Positions 38,889 to 49,528 are shown, counted from the stretch's first letter. The stretch: DNA of 64,000 nucleotides from Laspinema palackyanum D2c (GCF_025370875.1 NZ_JAMXFD010000004.1:196777-260776); one strand, 5' to 3'. Notes: a model not told the origin generated them from the letters alone. Translations and numbers: made by a program.

Positions 38889-41102
38889 TCAACCGCGATT
38901 CCCCGGCAGAAATTGCATCAATTCCAATTGATTCCCCGCTTCTACGGTATCCACCGCAGCAAACCATTCTCGACGGAGGCGATCGCGACTGCCTAGACGG
39001 TCAAATTCATCTTGCCACACCTCGGACCGAACTTGTTCTAAAAAGATTTGCCACTCGGTTTTCACCCCTTCCACGCGCAATACGCGATCCACAAATTCCT
39101 CAACGATCGCAAACGCTGCCTGATTCGGTTCAACTAACAAATCTTCCAGGGCGGTTTCACAATTATAAACGGCTTCGGCATGAAGGGTTTTTAGGTTTCC
39201 TAAAACTTCAGATGCCGAAACCCCTTGATTCGATAATTTCAATCCCGTCTTATCTGGATTTAATCCATCCAACTGCTGACGAATCCGATGTTGAATCAGT
39301 CCCCGATAGGATAAATTAAATTCATCTAAAATTCTAAACCCTAGTTTGAGTTTCTGTAAATCTTCCGGTAATAGTTCCGCCATTACGCCTAAAAATTCAC
39401 TTCCCCGAACTGGGGTGAGGTTTCCTAATCGTCCCTGTTCTATCAGAACATCCGCGACTCGGGACTTGACTCGCTCGATCGCCTGCTTCAATCCATCATC
39501 TAAGGTCAAAAAATGTTGGGATAAATGGGCGCGAATTTCGTTCAAATATTGATAGTAAGCATTGGGATATCCTCCCACGCGATCGCGTCGTGTTTCTATC
39601 TCTTCTAAAGTGGGAATTCCCGGGTCCTGGCGACAATTTGTAATGGCAATTTGGACTTGCTTTTTAAACTCCAAATCTTCTGCTTCTCGCTGGTGAAACA
39701 GACCCCGCAAAAATCCCTCTAACCCACTGGTTAAGTTATTCCAGAGGGCATCAAATAACCGCAGAAATAGGGGAAATTCGCTCTCTCGTTGGGCCGCTTG
39801 GCCCATGACTTGCCTTGCCTTGACCAGTTCGGCAGCGAGGCGATCTCGCAGGTGCAAGAGTCGGTCTTGACAAGCTGCCGCATACTGTCGGTCCAGTTCG
39901 GTAATTTTAGCCATCAAATACTCCAAAACTCCCTCTAAAATCTGCTCATTCACCGCCACAGAATCAGCGCAATTCACCGTTAGGGTTTTGACCACTTCCA
40001 GATGTTTTTCCGCCATTGTTTCGGCTAAATCTTGGCAATTTTTGCCATTATCTCCATTGCCAGAACCGGCACTGGTTTGGTTGAGAATCATCATCGACCA
40101 AAGGGCGATCGGCAGTTCGGTTAAGGCTGCCGCAGCAGTGTCGTACAACTTGACATCAACATCGGCCCAATAATCCCCCGAGGACTTAGGCATTCTCACA
40201 AATAGAACAAAATCCACCTCATGACCGAGGGTTTCAATCAGTCTCACTTCATCGCCAATGCCGGTATCCCCCAATCCGGGCATATCCACTAAGGCAATGG
40301 TTCCCACATCCCCATTGGGGAAGGTGCAGACAATTTTTACTTGACGCACAGCCAGATAGTTGAAAAAGACGCGCTGACCATCGGGGGTATCTTGTGCGAC
40401 ATATTCGCGAATTTCCCCTTGAGAAATTCGCCGTGGGGAGGGCTGCTGGAGGAGAGTCCGATACTGGTCCAGGTGGGTGTGATAGCGCCGGAGATGTTCG
40501 TGTTTTGCCCCGGTTTGTGCGCCGTAGAGGTCGCGAGGCAGGGGCGGAAGAGACTGTCTTGCAAAGTCATCCAGGGACTGGGGGGCGGGTCCTAGCTGGA
40601 GTTGGTCGTAATAGGGCGCGATCGCCTCGTCTAAAAACGATCGCTCACTATGAAAGAACACTTCCCCGTGAGTTTCCAGGGTGGGATTGTGGTAGATGGT
40701 ACTGAGGACGCCGGTACAATGTTGGCGATCGCCGTCGGGAATTTCCGAGGCAGTCAGTCCCGTTAAACTTTGTAACAGGCGACTTTTCCCTTGTCTAGCG
40801 CGTCCGACAACGCCTATATTCAGGGTATCCCGGGAAAACCGCGCTTTCAGTTTCGCCGTTGCCTCTAATTCTCTGGCAATTTCCACCTGAATTTTCCAAA
40901 AATCCACGTCTTGGAGATGTCCAACGATCGCCAGATCCTCCACGGAATCCAAAAGGCGATCGCGGTGGTCCTGTAAGGTCCGAAGGGCCTGTGCGAGGGA
41001 CCTCAAATTGTCCTCAACCCGACTAATTTTTTCGGCTAAAGGGCGACGTTTTTCGACAATCTGAGCAATTTGTGCGGTTCTGTGATTATTCATTATGGGC
41101 AA
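38889..41102 (-). CDS. Bacterial dynamin-like protein (BDLP-type large GTPase).
   Basis: 737 aa. G1 NIGVVGRARQGKSRLLQSLTG, G3 LVDMPGLGDTG. Long helical stalk/paddle region. Size and order match BDLPs. Confidence 0.8.
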   Translation of the reverse strand: MPIMNNHRTAQIAQIVEKRRPLAEKISRVEDNLRSLAQALRTLQDHRDRLLDSVEDLAIVGHLQDVDFWKIQVEIARELEATAKLKARFSRDTLNIGVVGRARQGKSRLLQSLTGLTASEIPDGDRQHCTGVLSTIYHNPTLETHGEVFFHSERSFLDEAIAPYYDQLQLGPAPQSLDDFARQSLPPLPRDLYGAQTGAKHEHLRRYHTHLDQYRTLLQQPSPRRISQGEIREYVAQDTPDGQRVFFNYLAVRQVKIVCTFPNGDVGTIALVDMPGLGDTGIGDEVRLIETLGHEVDFVLFVRMPKSSGDYWADVDVKLYDTAAAALTELPIALWSMMILNQTSAGSGNGDNGKNCQDLAETMAEKHLEVVKTLTVNCADSVAVNEQILEGVLEYLMAKITELDRQYAAACQDRLLHLRDRLAAELVKARQVMGQAAQRESEFPLFLRLFDALWNNLTSGLEGFLRGLFHQREAEDLEFKKQVQIAITNCRQDPGIPTLEEIETRRDRVGGYPNAYYQYLNEIRAHLSQHFLTLDDGLKQAIERVKSRVADVLIEQGRLGNLTPVRGSEFLGVMAELLPEDLQKLKLGFRILDEFNLSYRGLIQHRIRQQLDGLNPDKTGLKLSNQGVSASEVLGNLKTLHAEAVYNCETALEDLLVEPNQAAFAIVEEFVDRVLRVEGVKTEWQIFLEQVRSEVWQDEFDRLGSRDRLRREWFAAVDTVEAGNQLELMQFLPGNRG

Positions 41103-41194
41103 TATAATTATTCGTTTCCGTCCCCTCTCTTGATGCTGTTAGCGAAGGATTCATCGCCCGTCAAGAACTGAAAAGACTGCTTGGGGGATTGCAA

Positions 41195-41270
41195 AAAATA
41201 AATCATCCAAACGTTCAACGTCCCCCCTTCAGGGGTTTCTTTAATAAGATGACTCGATGAAGGAGTCACT
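41195..41270. repeat. Hairpin-repeat family member (CCCCCTTCAGGGG / GACTCGATGAAGGAGTCAC variant).
   Basis: Related to copies at 5471 and 62925. Downstream of the dynamin-like gene. Confidence 0.5.
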
Positions 41271-41456
41271 CCGAACAGTTTAGCGGTTTTATTTTTTGGA
41301 GTTCCCTTGGAGGGATACAAGAAAAAAATAAGACCCTTTCATCTTACGGGATGGGGGTCTTATTGAACCATTCTAAATCGTCTTAATTTCAGGGAAACAG
41401 GTAAAAACAATCAAAGTTTTGAAACTTATAACCCTTAAAAATTCAGCGATTTGATG

Positions 41457-42764
41457 TTAGTTAGCAGGGATACGTCTAGCCCGGGCGGTGGCAATTTCTT
41501 GGCGGAGAACTTCCATCGCTTTCGTGTATTGCGGGTCTTGAGCGGAACCAATTAAGGTGCGATCGCCCCGTAAGAGTTTTTGTTGGTCCTCGGTGAGTTC
41601 GATCGCCACATCCGGAGTAATCCCCTCCTGGTTAATATCCGTGCCATTGGGGGTGAGATACTTGGCGATCGTCACCGCCAGTCCAGATCCATCTCCCAAT
41701 CCGCGTACCGACTGCACTAAGCCCTTCCCGAAGGTTTTAGATCCCACGAGAACCGCCCGTTCATTGTCTCGCAAGGCCCCCGAAAGAATTTCACTAGCAC
41801 TGGCGGAACCCCCATCCACTAACACCACTAACGGTTTATTGGTGAGGGCGCGTCCGTTGGCAGACTGAAGGTCCATCTCTCCAACGCGGTTCACCGTGGA
41901 GACAATGCTGCCGGAATTAAGCCACATCCGAGCGATTTCAATGCTGGAATGGAGCAAACCCCCGGGGTTAGACCGCAGATCCAGAATATAGCCGGAGACA
42001 TTCTGACCTTCCAAGTCCTGGATAGCATCGCGCATTTCTTCAGCAGCGATCGCGTTAAAATTCGTCAGACGGATGTAACCGACCCCACCCATCGGGCTTT
42101 CCTGATAGCTGTAGCGAACCGGATGGAGTTCGATGCGTTCGCGGCGAATCGTATAATCTTTCGTCTCTTTCGTCCCGCGTTCTTCGTCAAGCACCCGTTC
42201 AATAGTCAGGGTCACCTCCGTGCCAACGGGACCCCGAATCAGGGACACCGCCTCATTGATATCCATCCCCTCGGTACTTTGTCCATTAATTTGGAGGATG
42301 GCGTCTCTAGCTTGAATTCCCATCGAGAAAGCCGGTGTATCCTCGATCGGCGAAATCACGATCAGTTGCTTTGTTTCTTCATCCTGGGAGAGTTGAATCC
42401 CCACCCCTGTCAGTTCTCCAGAGGTATCAATCTGCATACTCTTGAACTCTTCTGGATTCATAAACCGGGTGTAAGGGTCCCCCAGTTGTTCCAGCATTTC
42501 TTGAATCGCGGTGTAAGCTTCCTCCTTATTGGTATAAGGTCGGTTCAGATACTCTTGACGAACCGTCTCCCAATCCACTTGGTTAAACGTGGCATCCACA
42601 TAATTGCGGTTAATGATTTGCCAAACTTCGTCTACCAGTTCTTTGGGACTCTCTTGAAAAAATGCTTGACTTTGGGACAGATGAAGTCCCGCCCCCGTGA
42701 CCGTAACAGCAGTTAAGGCTACTGCTGTTGCACCTACTATAAGTCCGCGTTTTGTAATCACCAT
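41457..42764 (-). CDS. ctpA: Carboxyl-terminal processing protease (S41 peptidase with a PDZ domain).
   Basis: N-terminal TM/signal. PDZ region. S41 catalytic motifs (LVVLVDGGSASASEILSGAL, TFGKGLVQSV). Confidence 0.9.
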   Translation of the reverse strand: MVITKRGLIVGATAVALTAVTVTGAGLHLSQSQAFFQESPKELVDEVWQIINRNYVDATFNQVDWETVRQEYLNRPYTNKEEAYTAIQEMLEQLGDPYTRFMNPEEFKSMQIDTSGELTGVGIQLSQDEETKQLIVISPIEDTPAFSMGIQARDAILQINGQSTEGMDINEAVSLIRGPVGTEVTLTIERVLDEERGTKETKDYTIRRERIELHPVRYSYQESPMGGVGYIRLTNFNAIAAEEMRDAIQDLEGQNVSGYILDLRSNPGGLLHSSIEIARMWLNSGSIVSTVNRVGEMDLQSANGRALTNKPLVVLVDGGSASASEILSGALRDNERAVLVGSKTFGKGLVQSVRGLGDGSGLAVTIAKYLTPNGTDINQEGITPDVAIELTEDQQKLLRGDRTLIGSAQDPQYTKAMEVLRQEIATARARRIPAN

Positions 42765-43156
42765 AAATATTCAATCAGGAAGGAAAAACTACGATTAAGG
42801 AGGACCCCGGTTGACTCTTCTATCTTTCGACAAAGAAGGTAGTACGATGGAAGCAATCGACAGGGAAGGGATGGGGGTTAATGAAGGGAAAGCACCGGGT
42901 TGATAGTGAACGATAGATGACTAACCCGACGAGAAAGCGCCTGCCCTGATTTTATTTTCCCCACTAGGCCGGGAACAGCTCAAATAAGGAATAGAGGATT
43001 GTCAGGATTGTAGGGATAAGGTTTGTCCCTAGCCCTACGATAACACAGGCTTTGCTGAGGTAACAGACCGGCCTGATTCGGTTCAATTTTGCCTACAAAC
43101 CGCTCTGAACTCTCCCCCCTGCCCCCTCCCCTTGCAGAGGAGGGGGGAATTTAAGT

Positions 43157-43212
43157 ATTCAGTAGGGTGGGCAATGCCCACCTTAATATCGGTGGGCATT
43201 GCCCACCCTACA
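43157..43212. repeat. Near-perfect 19-bp-stem palindrome (AGGGTGGGCAATGCCCACC-TTAATATC-GGTGGGCATTGCCCACCCT) immediately downstream of ispG.
   Basis: Read directly. Likely terminator or REP-like element. The upstream C-rich/G-rich tract (CCCCCCTGCCCCCTCCCC...GAGGAGGGGGG) also self-pairs. Confidence 0.7.
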
Positions 43213-43215
43213 ATA

Positions 43216-44442
43216 CTAGGGATCAACCCATCGCCCATCGGCTTGAATCAACTTAATTAACTCATCAACCCCTTGAGATTCCGGGACCTTTTTAATTTCA
43301 TCCCGACCTCGATAGAGGGAAATATATCCCGGTTGCTTACCCACATAACCATAATCGGCATCGGCCATTTCTCCGGGTCCATTAACAATGCAACCCATTA
43401 CAGCAATATCCAGTCCCGTCAGGTGTTTAGTTGCTTCGCGGACCTGATGGAGGACCTCTTCTAAATTAAAGAGGGTGCGACCACAAGAGGGACAGGCCAC
43501 ATATTCCACCATCGTCTTTCGCAGACCCAGGGCTTGTAAGATACTGTAACAGACCGGAATTTCTTTTTCTGGCGCTTCCGTCAGGGACACGCGAATGGTG
43601 TCGCCAATCCCTTCGGCGAGTAAGGTGCCGATGCCAGCGGTGGATTTAATCCGACCATATTCTCCATCTCCAGCTTCGGTGACCCCGAGGTGCAGGGGAT
43701 AGTCCATTCCCAACTGATCCATGCGCTGCACCATCAGGCGATAGGCGGCCAGCATCACCGGAACGCGGGATGCTTTCATAGAAATGACCAGGTTGCGGAA
43801 GTCTAACGATTCACAAATTCTGATAAATTCGAGGGCGGATTCTACCATCCCCTCGGGCGTATCCCCATAACTAAACAGCATCCGTTCAGCGAGGGACCCG
43901 TGATTGACCCCAATTCGCATGGATTTACCTTGGTCGCGTAGAGAAATGACCAAGGGTTCTAGGGTTTCCCGGATTTTTTCCCCAATTTCTGCAAATTCGG
44001 TCGGGGTGTATTCGGTGCGGTTAGGGTTGGGTTTTTCAAAGACGTAGAGTCCGGGATTGATTCTGACCTTATCGACGTGCTTGGCGACTTCTAGGGCAAT
44101 TTTCATGCCGTTGTGATGGACATCGGCGACGAGGGGGACGAGTTGATAAGTTCGCGCCAGTCTTTGCTTAATTTCCGCCAAGGCTTTGGCATGGGCCATA
44201 CTGGGGACGGTGACGCGGACAATTTCGCAGCCGATTTCATGGAGACGACGAATTCCGGCCACGGACCCCTCGATATCTAAGGTGTCTTCGTTAATCATGG
44301 ACTGGACCACCACCGGATTACCGCCTCCGATGGTGATGTTACCCACGGGAACCGGGCGGGTTTTGCGACGGTGGATGGTGGTGTCCGTCAGGGCGGTATT
44401 GGGAGTCGGTTGGGGGGTGGTTGGGTTCGGGAGTGTTTGCAT
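43216..44442 (-). CDS. ispG: 4-hydroxy-3-methylbut-2-enyl diphosphate synthase (IspG/GcpE).
   Basis: [21 protein letters not shown] ... RVTVP ... C-terminal 4Fe-4S cysteines CPSCGRT...GC. The ORF track starts 31 codons upstream in a non-conserved leader, so the start is placed at MQTLPNP (44442). Confidence 0.88.
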   Translation of the reverse strand: MQTLPNPTTPQPTPNTALTDTTIHRRKTRPVPVGNITIGGGNPVVVQSMINEDTLDIEGSVAGIRRLHEIGCEIVRVTVPSMAHAKALAEIKQRLARTYQLVPLVADVHHNGMKIALEVAKHVDKVRINPGLYVFEKPNPNRTEYTPTEFAEIGEKIRETLEPLVISLRDQGKSMRIGVNHGSLAERMLFSYGDTPEGMVESALEFIRICESLDFRNLVISMKASRVPVMLAAYRLMVQRMDQLGMDYPLHLGVTEAGDGEYGRIKSTAGIGTLLAEGIGDTIRVSLTEAPEKEIPVCYSILQALGLRKTMVEYVACPSCGRTLFNLEEVLHQVREATKHLTGLDIAVMGCIVNGPGEMADADYGYVGKQPGYISLYRGRDEIKKVPESQGVDELIKLIQADGRWVDP

Positions 44443-45197
44443 ACTGGCGATCGCAATCCGATAGTTGCTGTGCAGGGTGGTTGATTGGGTTAAAACCCGG
44501 GCGATCGCATTCAGGCTTCTAGGTTTGGGGCTCATACCCCTTCTCGATCAGCCAATGGACGCACCGGGGTCTTCTAGTCTGGGTTATGTTTTTCAGGTTG
44601 CCATAAATTGGGTCAATTTGGCGGAAAATCCTGAGAGAAAACTTCCCTCGGTTCCCTCAATCTCTCGTCACCCACAGACTGATGCATTCTCCCCTCCCGT
44701 CACGCGCCCTCGTTTTACCCCACCTCCGAGAGATTTTTGGATGGGGTTGATGACAGGGGACGAGAAACCGATAAGATAGGAAGATATTTTCGCCGATGGC
44801 AAGTCCGATGGCTTGCGATCGCGCCACGCTAAGTTCTCAAAGGGTGCGATTCTTGCTGTAAAAAACCTTTGTTGTTCAACGGATTGCTTGCATGGAAATC
44901 AATCGATGTGTTGTTAGTGCCAGAGCTGTTTATCCTGAATGCAAGTGCTTCAAAATGCCAGGAGCGCTCGAACGAAGGCCCCTATTCAACCCATTGCAGG
45001 GGTCGTAACCCCCCGAGGCGATCGCAGCGGTGATTTGATTTTCTCTGTCCCCTATCAGATTTTCTCAACCCGCGAAAGGGTGCCACCCGTCTAAATCATC
45101 ATCCTAAACCTCGCGATCGCACCCAAAAACTCCATAACCAAGGGGCTCTCTCGCCCCGGAAAACTATTCACTCAACCGCCGCCGCAGATCTAAAGCT

Positions 45198-48100
45198 ATG
45201 CAACTGATGAACGCCATGACCGGACAGCTCATCCAAGGGCGCTATCAACTCATCAAAGACCTCAAGCGAGGTGCTTTTGGTAAACTCTATCTGGCTGAAG
45301 ACCGACAACAGCCGGACCAACCGCGCCCCTGTGTCATTAAACAACTCCAGCCGAATCTTTCCAATCCCACCCTGGTTGAAGAAGCCCGTGGGCGCTTGCA
45401 ACGAGAAATCGAAGTCATGCAAAAATTAAGCGCTCATCCCCTGATTCCGGGAATTTTGGATGGGTTTGAGGAGGAGCAAAAATTTTATATTGTTGAAGAA
45501 TTTATCCCAGGTCAAGACCTCAGTCAAGAAATTATCCGAGGCAACCGCTGGAGTGAAGGCTTGGTGATGGCACTATTGCATCAAGTCCTGGAAGTGTTAG
45601 CGTTCATTCATCAGCACTCGGTGATTCATCGCAATATTAAACCCTCTAATTTAATCCGACGGACTGGCGATCGCAAAATTATCCCGGTGGATTTTGGAGC
45701 GCTTAAAGAAATCGAAACTTTAGCTATCAATCCTCAAGGTCAAATTGGCACAGCGGCGATCGGCACTCCAGGTTATGTCCCCATCGAACAACTCGGGGGC
45801 AAACCTCGCTTTAATAGCGATATTTATGCCCTCGGTATGACCGCGATTCAAGCCTTAACCGGCGTCCCCCCCCGGGAGTTAGAACGGGACCCCAAAACGG
45901 GTCAAACGATCTGGCACCATTTGGCCCCGGTGAACCCGAAGTTGGCTCAGATTCTGGATAAAATGGTGCGTTCAGACTATCAAGACCGCTACCAACAGGC
46001 GACGGAGGTCATCGCTGATTTACGGTCTTTACATGAAATTGGCAATCTCCTCGATGGTCGCTATCAACTGGTGAGTTTGTTAGCCGAACGCCGCTTTAGT
46101 AAAACCTTTTTAGGGGAGGATTTACAACGCCAGGAAATGCCCTGGTGTACGGTAGAGCAAATTAAACCGGCTCAACAAGAGACCTTTCCCTGGTGGGAAG
46201 CGAAAAGCTTTTTTGATGCGGAAGCGCAATTGTTACACCGTTTAGGCACTCATGACCGCATCCCCACGTTGCTGGCAGATTTTGAGCAAAATGGGGCATT
46301 TTATTTGGTCCAGGAGCAGATTGAGGGACAGTCCCTTTCTCATGAATTGCTCCAGGGCAAAAAGTACGAGGAAAAAGAGGCAGTCGCTTTATTACAAGAG
46401 GTCCTAGAAACTCTCGCCTTCGTTCATGAACATCATGCCATTCATTTGGATTTAACCCCCTGGAGTATCTTCCGGCGTCAGTCCGACGGTAAGGTGATGC
46501 TGACCAATTTTGGCGCGGTGAAGCAAATTGGCACCTTGACGATTGACCAGGGCCAGCTCACGACTTCGACGGCGATCGGCACTCCGGGCTATATGCCGAA
46601 GGAACAAATGGTGGGCAATCCCCGCCCGAATAGTGATATCTATGCTCTGGGAGCAGTGGCCCTGCAAGCGTTAACCGGGGTGCGTCCGGATTATCTGGGG
46701 ACGGAACCCCATACGGGCGAGCTCAGTTGGCGCAAGCACGTTCAGGTGAGCGATCGCTTTGGGGCAATTCTGGATAAAATGGTGCGCTCTTATTTCCGCG
46801 AGCGCTATGAATCGGCTCAGGAGGTGTTAGCGGATCTGCGCGCCCTCCAAGAGCCGGTCATTGCCCCCTTGGAGGAGTCGGTCCCGGTGCCGATGGGGGC
46901 GGAGGGTTTTGTCTCTCCCCAGGTCCCCCCAGAACAGCCCCAGGCAGACCTAGGGGCGAGTCCCCCAGTTGCGAATAAAGCGAAGGCTCCCATCGGCGCT
47001 GCCGCTGTAGCCGGGGTGACCCAAGTTTCCAAAAAGTTACCCTTTGCCAAACCCTGGCCGATTCTGGCAGCGGTGGCCCTGATGGGAACGGCAGGGGTGG
47101 CGATCGCCCTGAGCAATTCTCAGCAAACGCGCCAAGCGCGTCAAGACTCGGACCAATTTATCGAAAATGCCAGCCTGCTTTTGGAGTCTCAGGAGTACCT
47201 GGAAGCCCTGGATGAGTGCGATCAGGCGATCGGGATTACGGCGGATTATGCCTTGGCTTGGAAATGTCGTGGGGATGCGCTTTATCTGCTTGATCGCTAT
47301 GACTCGGCTCTCGTGGCTTATGACAATGCCAGTCGTTTAGAACCGAAAAATGCCCGGTATTGGAACAATCGTGGGGAAACTTTGTATCAATTACAGCGCT
47401 ACGAGGAGGCGATCGCAGCTCATGATCGCGCTTTAGAACTTCGTCGCAATGATGTGAATGCCCTGAAGGGTCGGGGTCTGGCTTTACTCAGTTTACATCG
47501 CTACGATGAGGCTCTAGGAGCCCTGGACCAAGCCCTAGAAGAGGAGCCGAATGACCCGCAAGGCTGGGAACGCAAGGCGTTAGTTTTAGACTATTTGCAA
47601 CGTCCCCAGGAGGCCGATCGCGCTTTTGAACGCTCTCTGGCTGCTTACGATAGCCAGTTGGCAAGCAACCCGGATGATTTGAATGCCTGGTTGGAACGGG
47701 GTCGATTACTCAATCAGTTACAGCGTCTGGATGAGGCGATCGCTTCGTTTGATCGCGCTTTGGAGATTAATCCGGAGTTTTATCTCGCCTGGAATGCCAA
47801 GGGAACGACGCTGTATAGTGCGTCTCAATTTACGGAGGCGTTAGCGGCTTACGATCAGGCTCTGGCGATCGAACCGGATTTTTATAAAGGCTGGCATAAT
47901 CGCGGCGTCTTGCTGAGTCTGGGGTTGGGTCGTCACTTTGAGGCGATCGAGGCGTTTGATCGCGCTTTGGCGATTGAGGAGAGTTTTCATCTAGGTTGGC
48001 GCGATCGCGGTTTGGCACAAATGGAACTACGCCGTTATGAAGAGGCAGTGACCTCGTTTGATCAAGCGGTTAAGATTGAGCCAAGGGATGGCAGATCCTG

Positions 48101-48344
48101 GGCGAATCGGGGGATCGCACTCAATGAACTCCGGCGTTATACTGATGCGATCGAATCGTTTGATCAGGCGATCGCCGCTCAAACCCAAGATGCCTTAGTC
48201 TGGACTCAACGGGGAATCGCCCTGGAGTCCATTGAACGGTACGATGAGGCTCTAGTTTCCTACGAAAAAGCCCTAGAAATTCAACCGGATTTCTCTCTGG
48301 CAGAGGAGTCCCGGGACTGGGTTTTAGTCAAGATGGGCCGCTAG
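45198..48344 (+). CDS. Receptor-like protein: two tandem degenerate Ser/Thr protein-kinase-like domains, one TM helix, and 12 or more TPR repeats.
   Basis: Domain 1: GAFGKLY, VIKQL, HRNIKPSNL (Asn at the catalytic Asp position), DFG, GTPGYVPIE. Domain 2: HLDLTPWSIF, NFG (DFG to NFG), GTPGYMPKE. TM helix PILAAVALMGTAGVAIAL. TPR consensus AWxxRGxAL repeated. Confidence 0.8.
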   Translation: MQLMNAMTGQLIQGRYQLIKDLKRGAFGKLYLAEDRQQPDQPRPCVIKQLQPNLSNPTLVEEARGRLQREIEVMQKLSAHPLIPGILDGFEEEQKFYIVEEFIPGQDLSQEIIRGNRWSEGLVMALLHQVLEVLAFIHQHSVIHRNIKPSNLIRRTGDRKIIPVDFGALKEIETLAINPQGQIGTAAIGTPGYVPIEQLGGKPRFNSDIYALGMTAIQALTGVPPRELERDPKTGQTIWHHLAPVNPKLAQILDKMVRSDYQDRYQQATEVIADLRSLHEIGNLLDGRYQLVSLLAERRFSKTFLGEDLQRQEMPWCTVEQIKPAQQETFPWWEAKSFFDAEAQLLHRLGTHDRIPTLLADFEQNGAFYLVQEQIEGQSLSHELLQGKKYEEKEAVALLQEVLETLAFVHEHHAIHLDLTPWSIFRRQSDGKVMLTNFGAVKQIGTLTIDQGQLTTSTAIGTPGYMPKEQMVGNPRPNSDIYALGAVALQALTGVRPDYLGTEPHTGELSWRKHVQVSDRFGAILDKMVRSYFRERYESAQEVLADLRALQEPVIAPLEESVPVPMGAEGFVSPQVPPEQPQADLGASPPVANKAKAPIGAAAVAGVTQVSKKLPFAKPWPILAAVALMGTAGVAIALSNSQQTRQARQDSDQFIENASLLLESQEYLEALDECDQAIGITADYALAWKCRGDALYLLDRYDSALVAYDNASRLEPKNARYWNNRGETLYQLQRYEEAIAAHDRALELRRNDVNALKGRGLALLSLHRYDEALGALDQALEEEPNDPQGWERKALVLDYLQRPQEADRAFERSLAAYDSQLASNPDDLNAWLERGRLLNQLQRLDEAIASFDRALEINPEFYLAWNAKGTTLYSASQFTEALAAYDQALAIEPDFYKGWHNRGVLLSLGLGRHFEAIEAFDRALAIEESFHLGWRDRGLAQMELRRYEEAVTSFDQAVKIEPRDGRSWANRGIALNELRRYTDAIESFDQAIAAQTQDALVWTQRGIALESIERYDEALVSYEKALEIQPDFSLAEESRDWVLVKMGR

Positions 48345-48411
48345 TCACCGATTCAGGGGAATCAATCGGTGCCTTATTCCTGTATGACACCGATGGGTTC
48401 TCCCGTCCAGG

Positions 48412-48600
48412 TTATAACGGTTGGCACTTTCCGGCGCGAATCAAACCCACACGGCGGGCGATCGCCTCCTCTCGGGACTCAAAGGGTCCCCAGTTCTCCC
48501 CGAGTTCCGGCGGGTCCGTCCCTTCCAGGCTGCTGCTGGGGAGAATTTCACAAGTTCCGTTTTTGCCCTTGACAATATAGTATTTGGAGGGTTCAGCCAT
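48412..48600 (-). CDS. Hypothetical small protein (62 aa) downstream of the SPFH gene.
   Basis: ORF 46 bp downstream of the SPFH gene, same strand. Plausible conserved small protein (YYIVKGKNGTCEI) but no assignable family. Confidence 0.4.
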   Translation of the reverse strand: MAEPSKYYIVKGKNGTCEILPSSSLEGTDPPELGENWGPFESREEAIARRVGLIRAGKCQPL

Positions 48601-48646
48601 CGGTTTAGATTAAGAAAAAGGGGGTTACAGCAAAATGGGCGATCGT

Positions 48647-49528
48647 CTAGGGTTGCAGAATCACCGGCGTAGTCGCATTATTGCCGGACCCGCCCATAAT
48701 TACCACTTTACTGTTATTAGAATTGGCAAGGCGATCGGTTGCTTCAATACTGCGCCATTGCAAGAATTGCGACGTTAAACCCGGGGAAATAATTTGTTGA
48801 TACTCCGCAATTCCCAAGGCTTCAATCCGCTTGCGTTCCGCTTCTTGCCGCTCTTTTTCTAGCACTAACTCCATGCGCTGATTGTCCTGTTCTACCTCCA
48901 TTTTCTGTTCAATGGCAGCTTGCAATTTCTCCGGTAGCGCCACATCCTTGAGAAAGGCTTCTTCTACAATAAAACCCAGAGGCGTTAAAGACTCCCGCAT
49001 GGACAACCGCAGTCGCCGGGTGACTTCCTCTCGTTTAGCCGTGTAAATGTCTCTAGCGGGATAACTGGATGTAATTTCCCGCATAATCGCTTGAAACCGC
49101 GATCGCACGATTTCACCATCATTGACACCCACATTTTGATACAGATCCGCTGCACTATTCGGGTCTAAGCGATACTGGATCGTCCCCTCTACCACCAGGT
49201 TTAACCCTTCTTGGGAGGTAGCTGCAATTTTTTCCGGCATATCCCGCAAGCGCGTGGAAAACTTCAAAACATTTCCAAATGGGTTCACCCAATGCACCCC
49301 GGGATTCAAGGGTTGGGGGTCTACCTTCCCAAACACCTCAATCACCCCAACCTTGCCCGATGGGATAATCGTAAAGGTTTTCAACAAGGAAACTGTCGCC
49401 GCCAAAATGCCGATTAAAAGGGCAACAGCGCGCACAGTATTGCGATGTTTCTCATCCGAAAACTTCGGCCCGACAAGAACCACCAGAATTGAGAGGAGAC
49501 TGGTGAGGATTGTGGCAATGAAGGTCAT
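48647..49528 (-). CDS. SPFH/band-7 (prohibitin/HflC-like) domain membrane protein.
   Basis: N-terminal TM helix, SPFH core (IIPSGKVGVIEVFGKV ... NLVVEGTIQYRL), C-terminal coiled coil. Confidence 0.85.
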   Translation of the reverse strand: MTFIATILTSLLSILVVLVGPKFSDEKHRNTVRAVALLIGILAATVSLLKTFTIIPSGKVGVIEVFGKVDPQPLNPGVHWVNPFGNVLKFSTRLRDMPEKIAATSQEGLNLVVEGTIQYRLDPNSAADLYQNVGVNDGEIVRSRFQAIMREITSSYPARDIYTAKREEVTRRLRLSMRESLTPLGFIVEEAFLKDVALPEKLQAAIEQKMEVEQDNQRMELVLEKERQEAERKRIEALGIAEYQQIISPGLTSQFLQWRSIEATDRLANSNNSKVVIMGGSGNNATTPVILQP

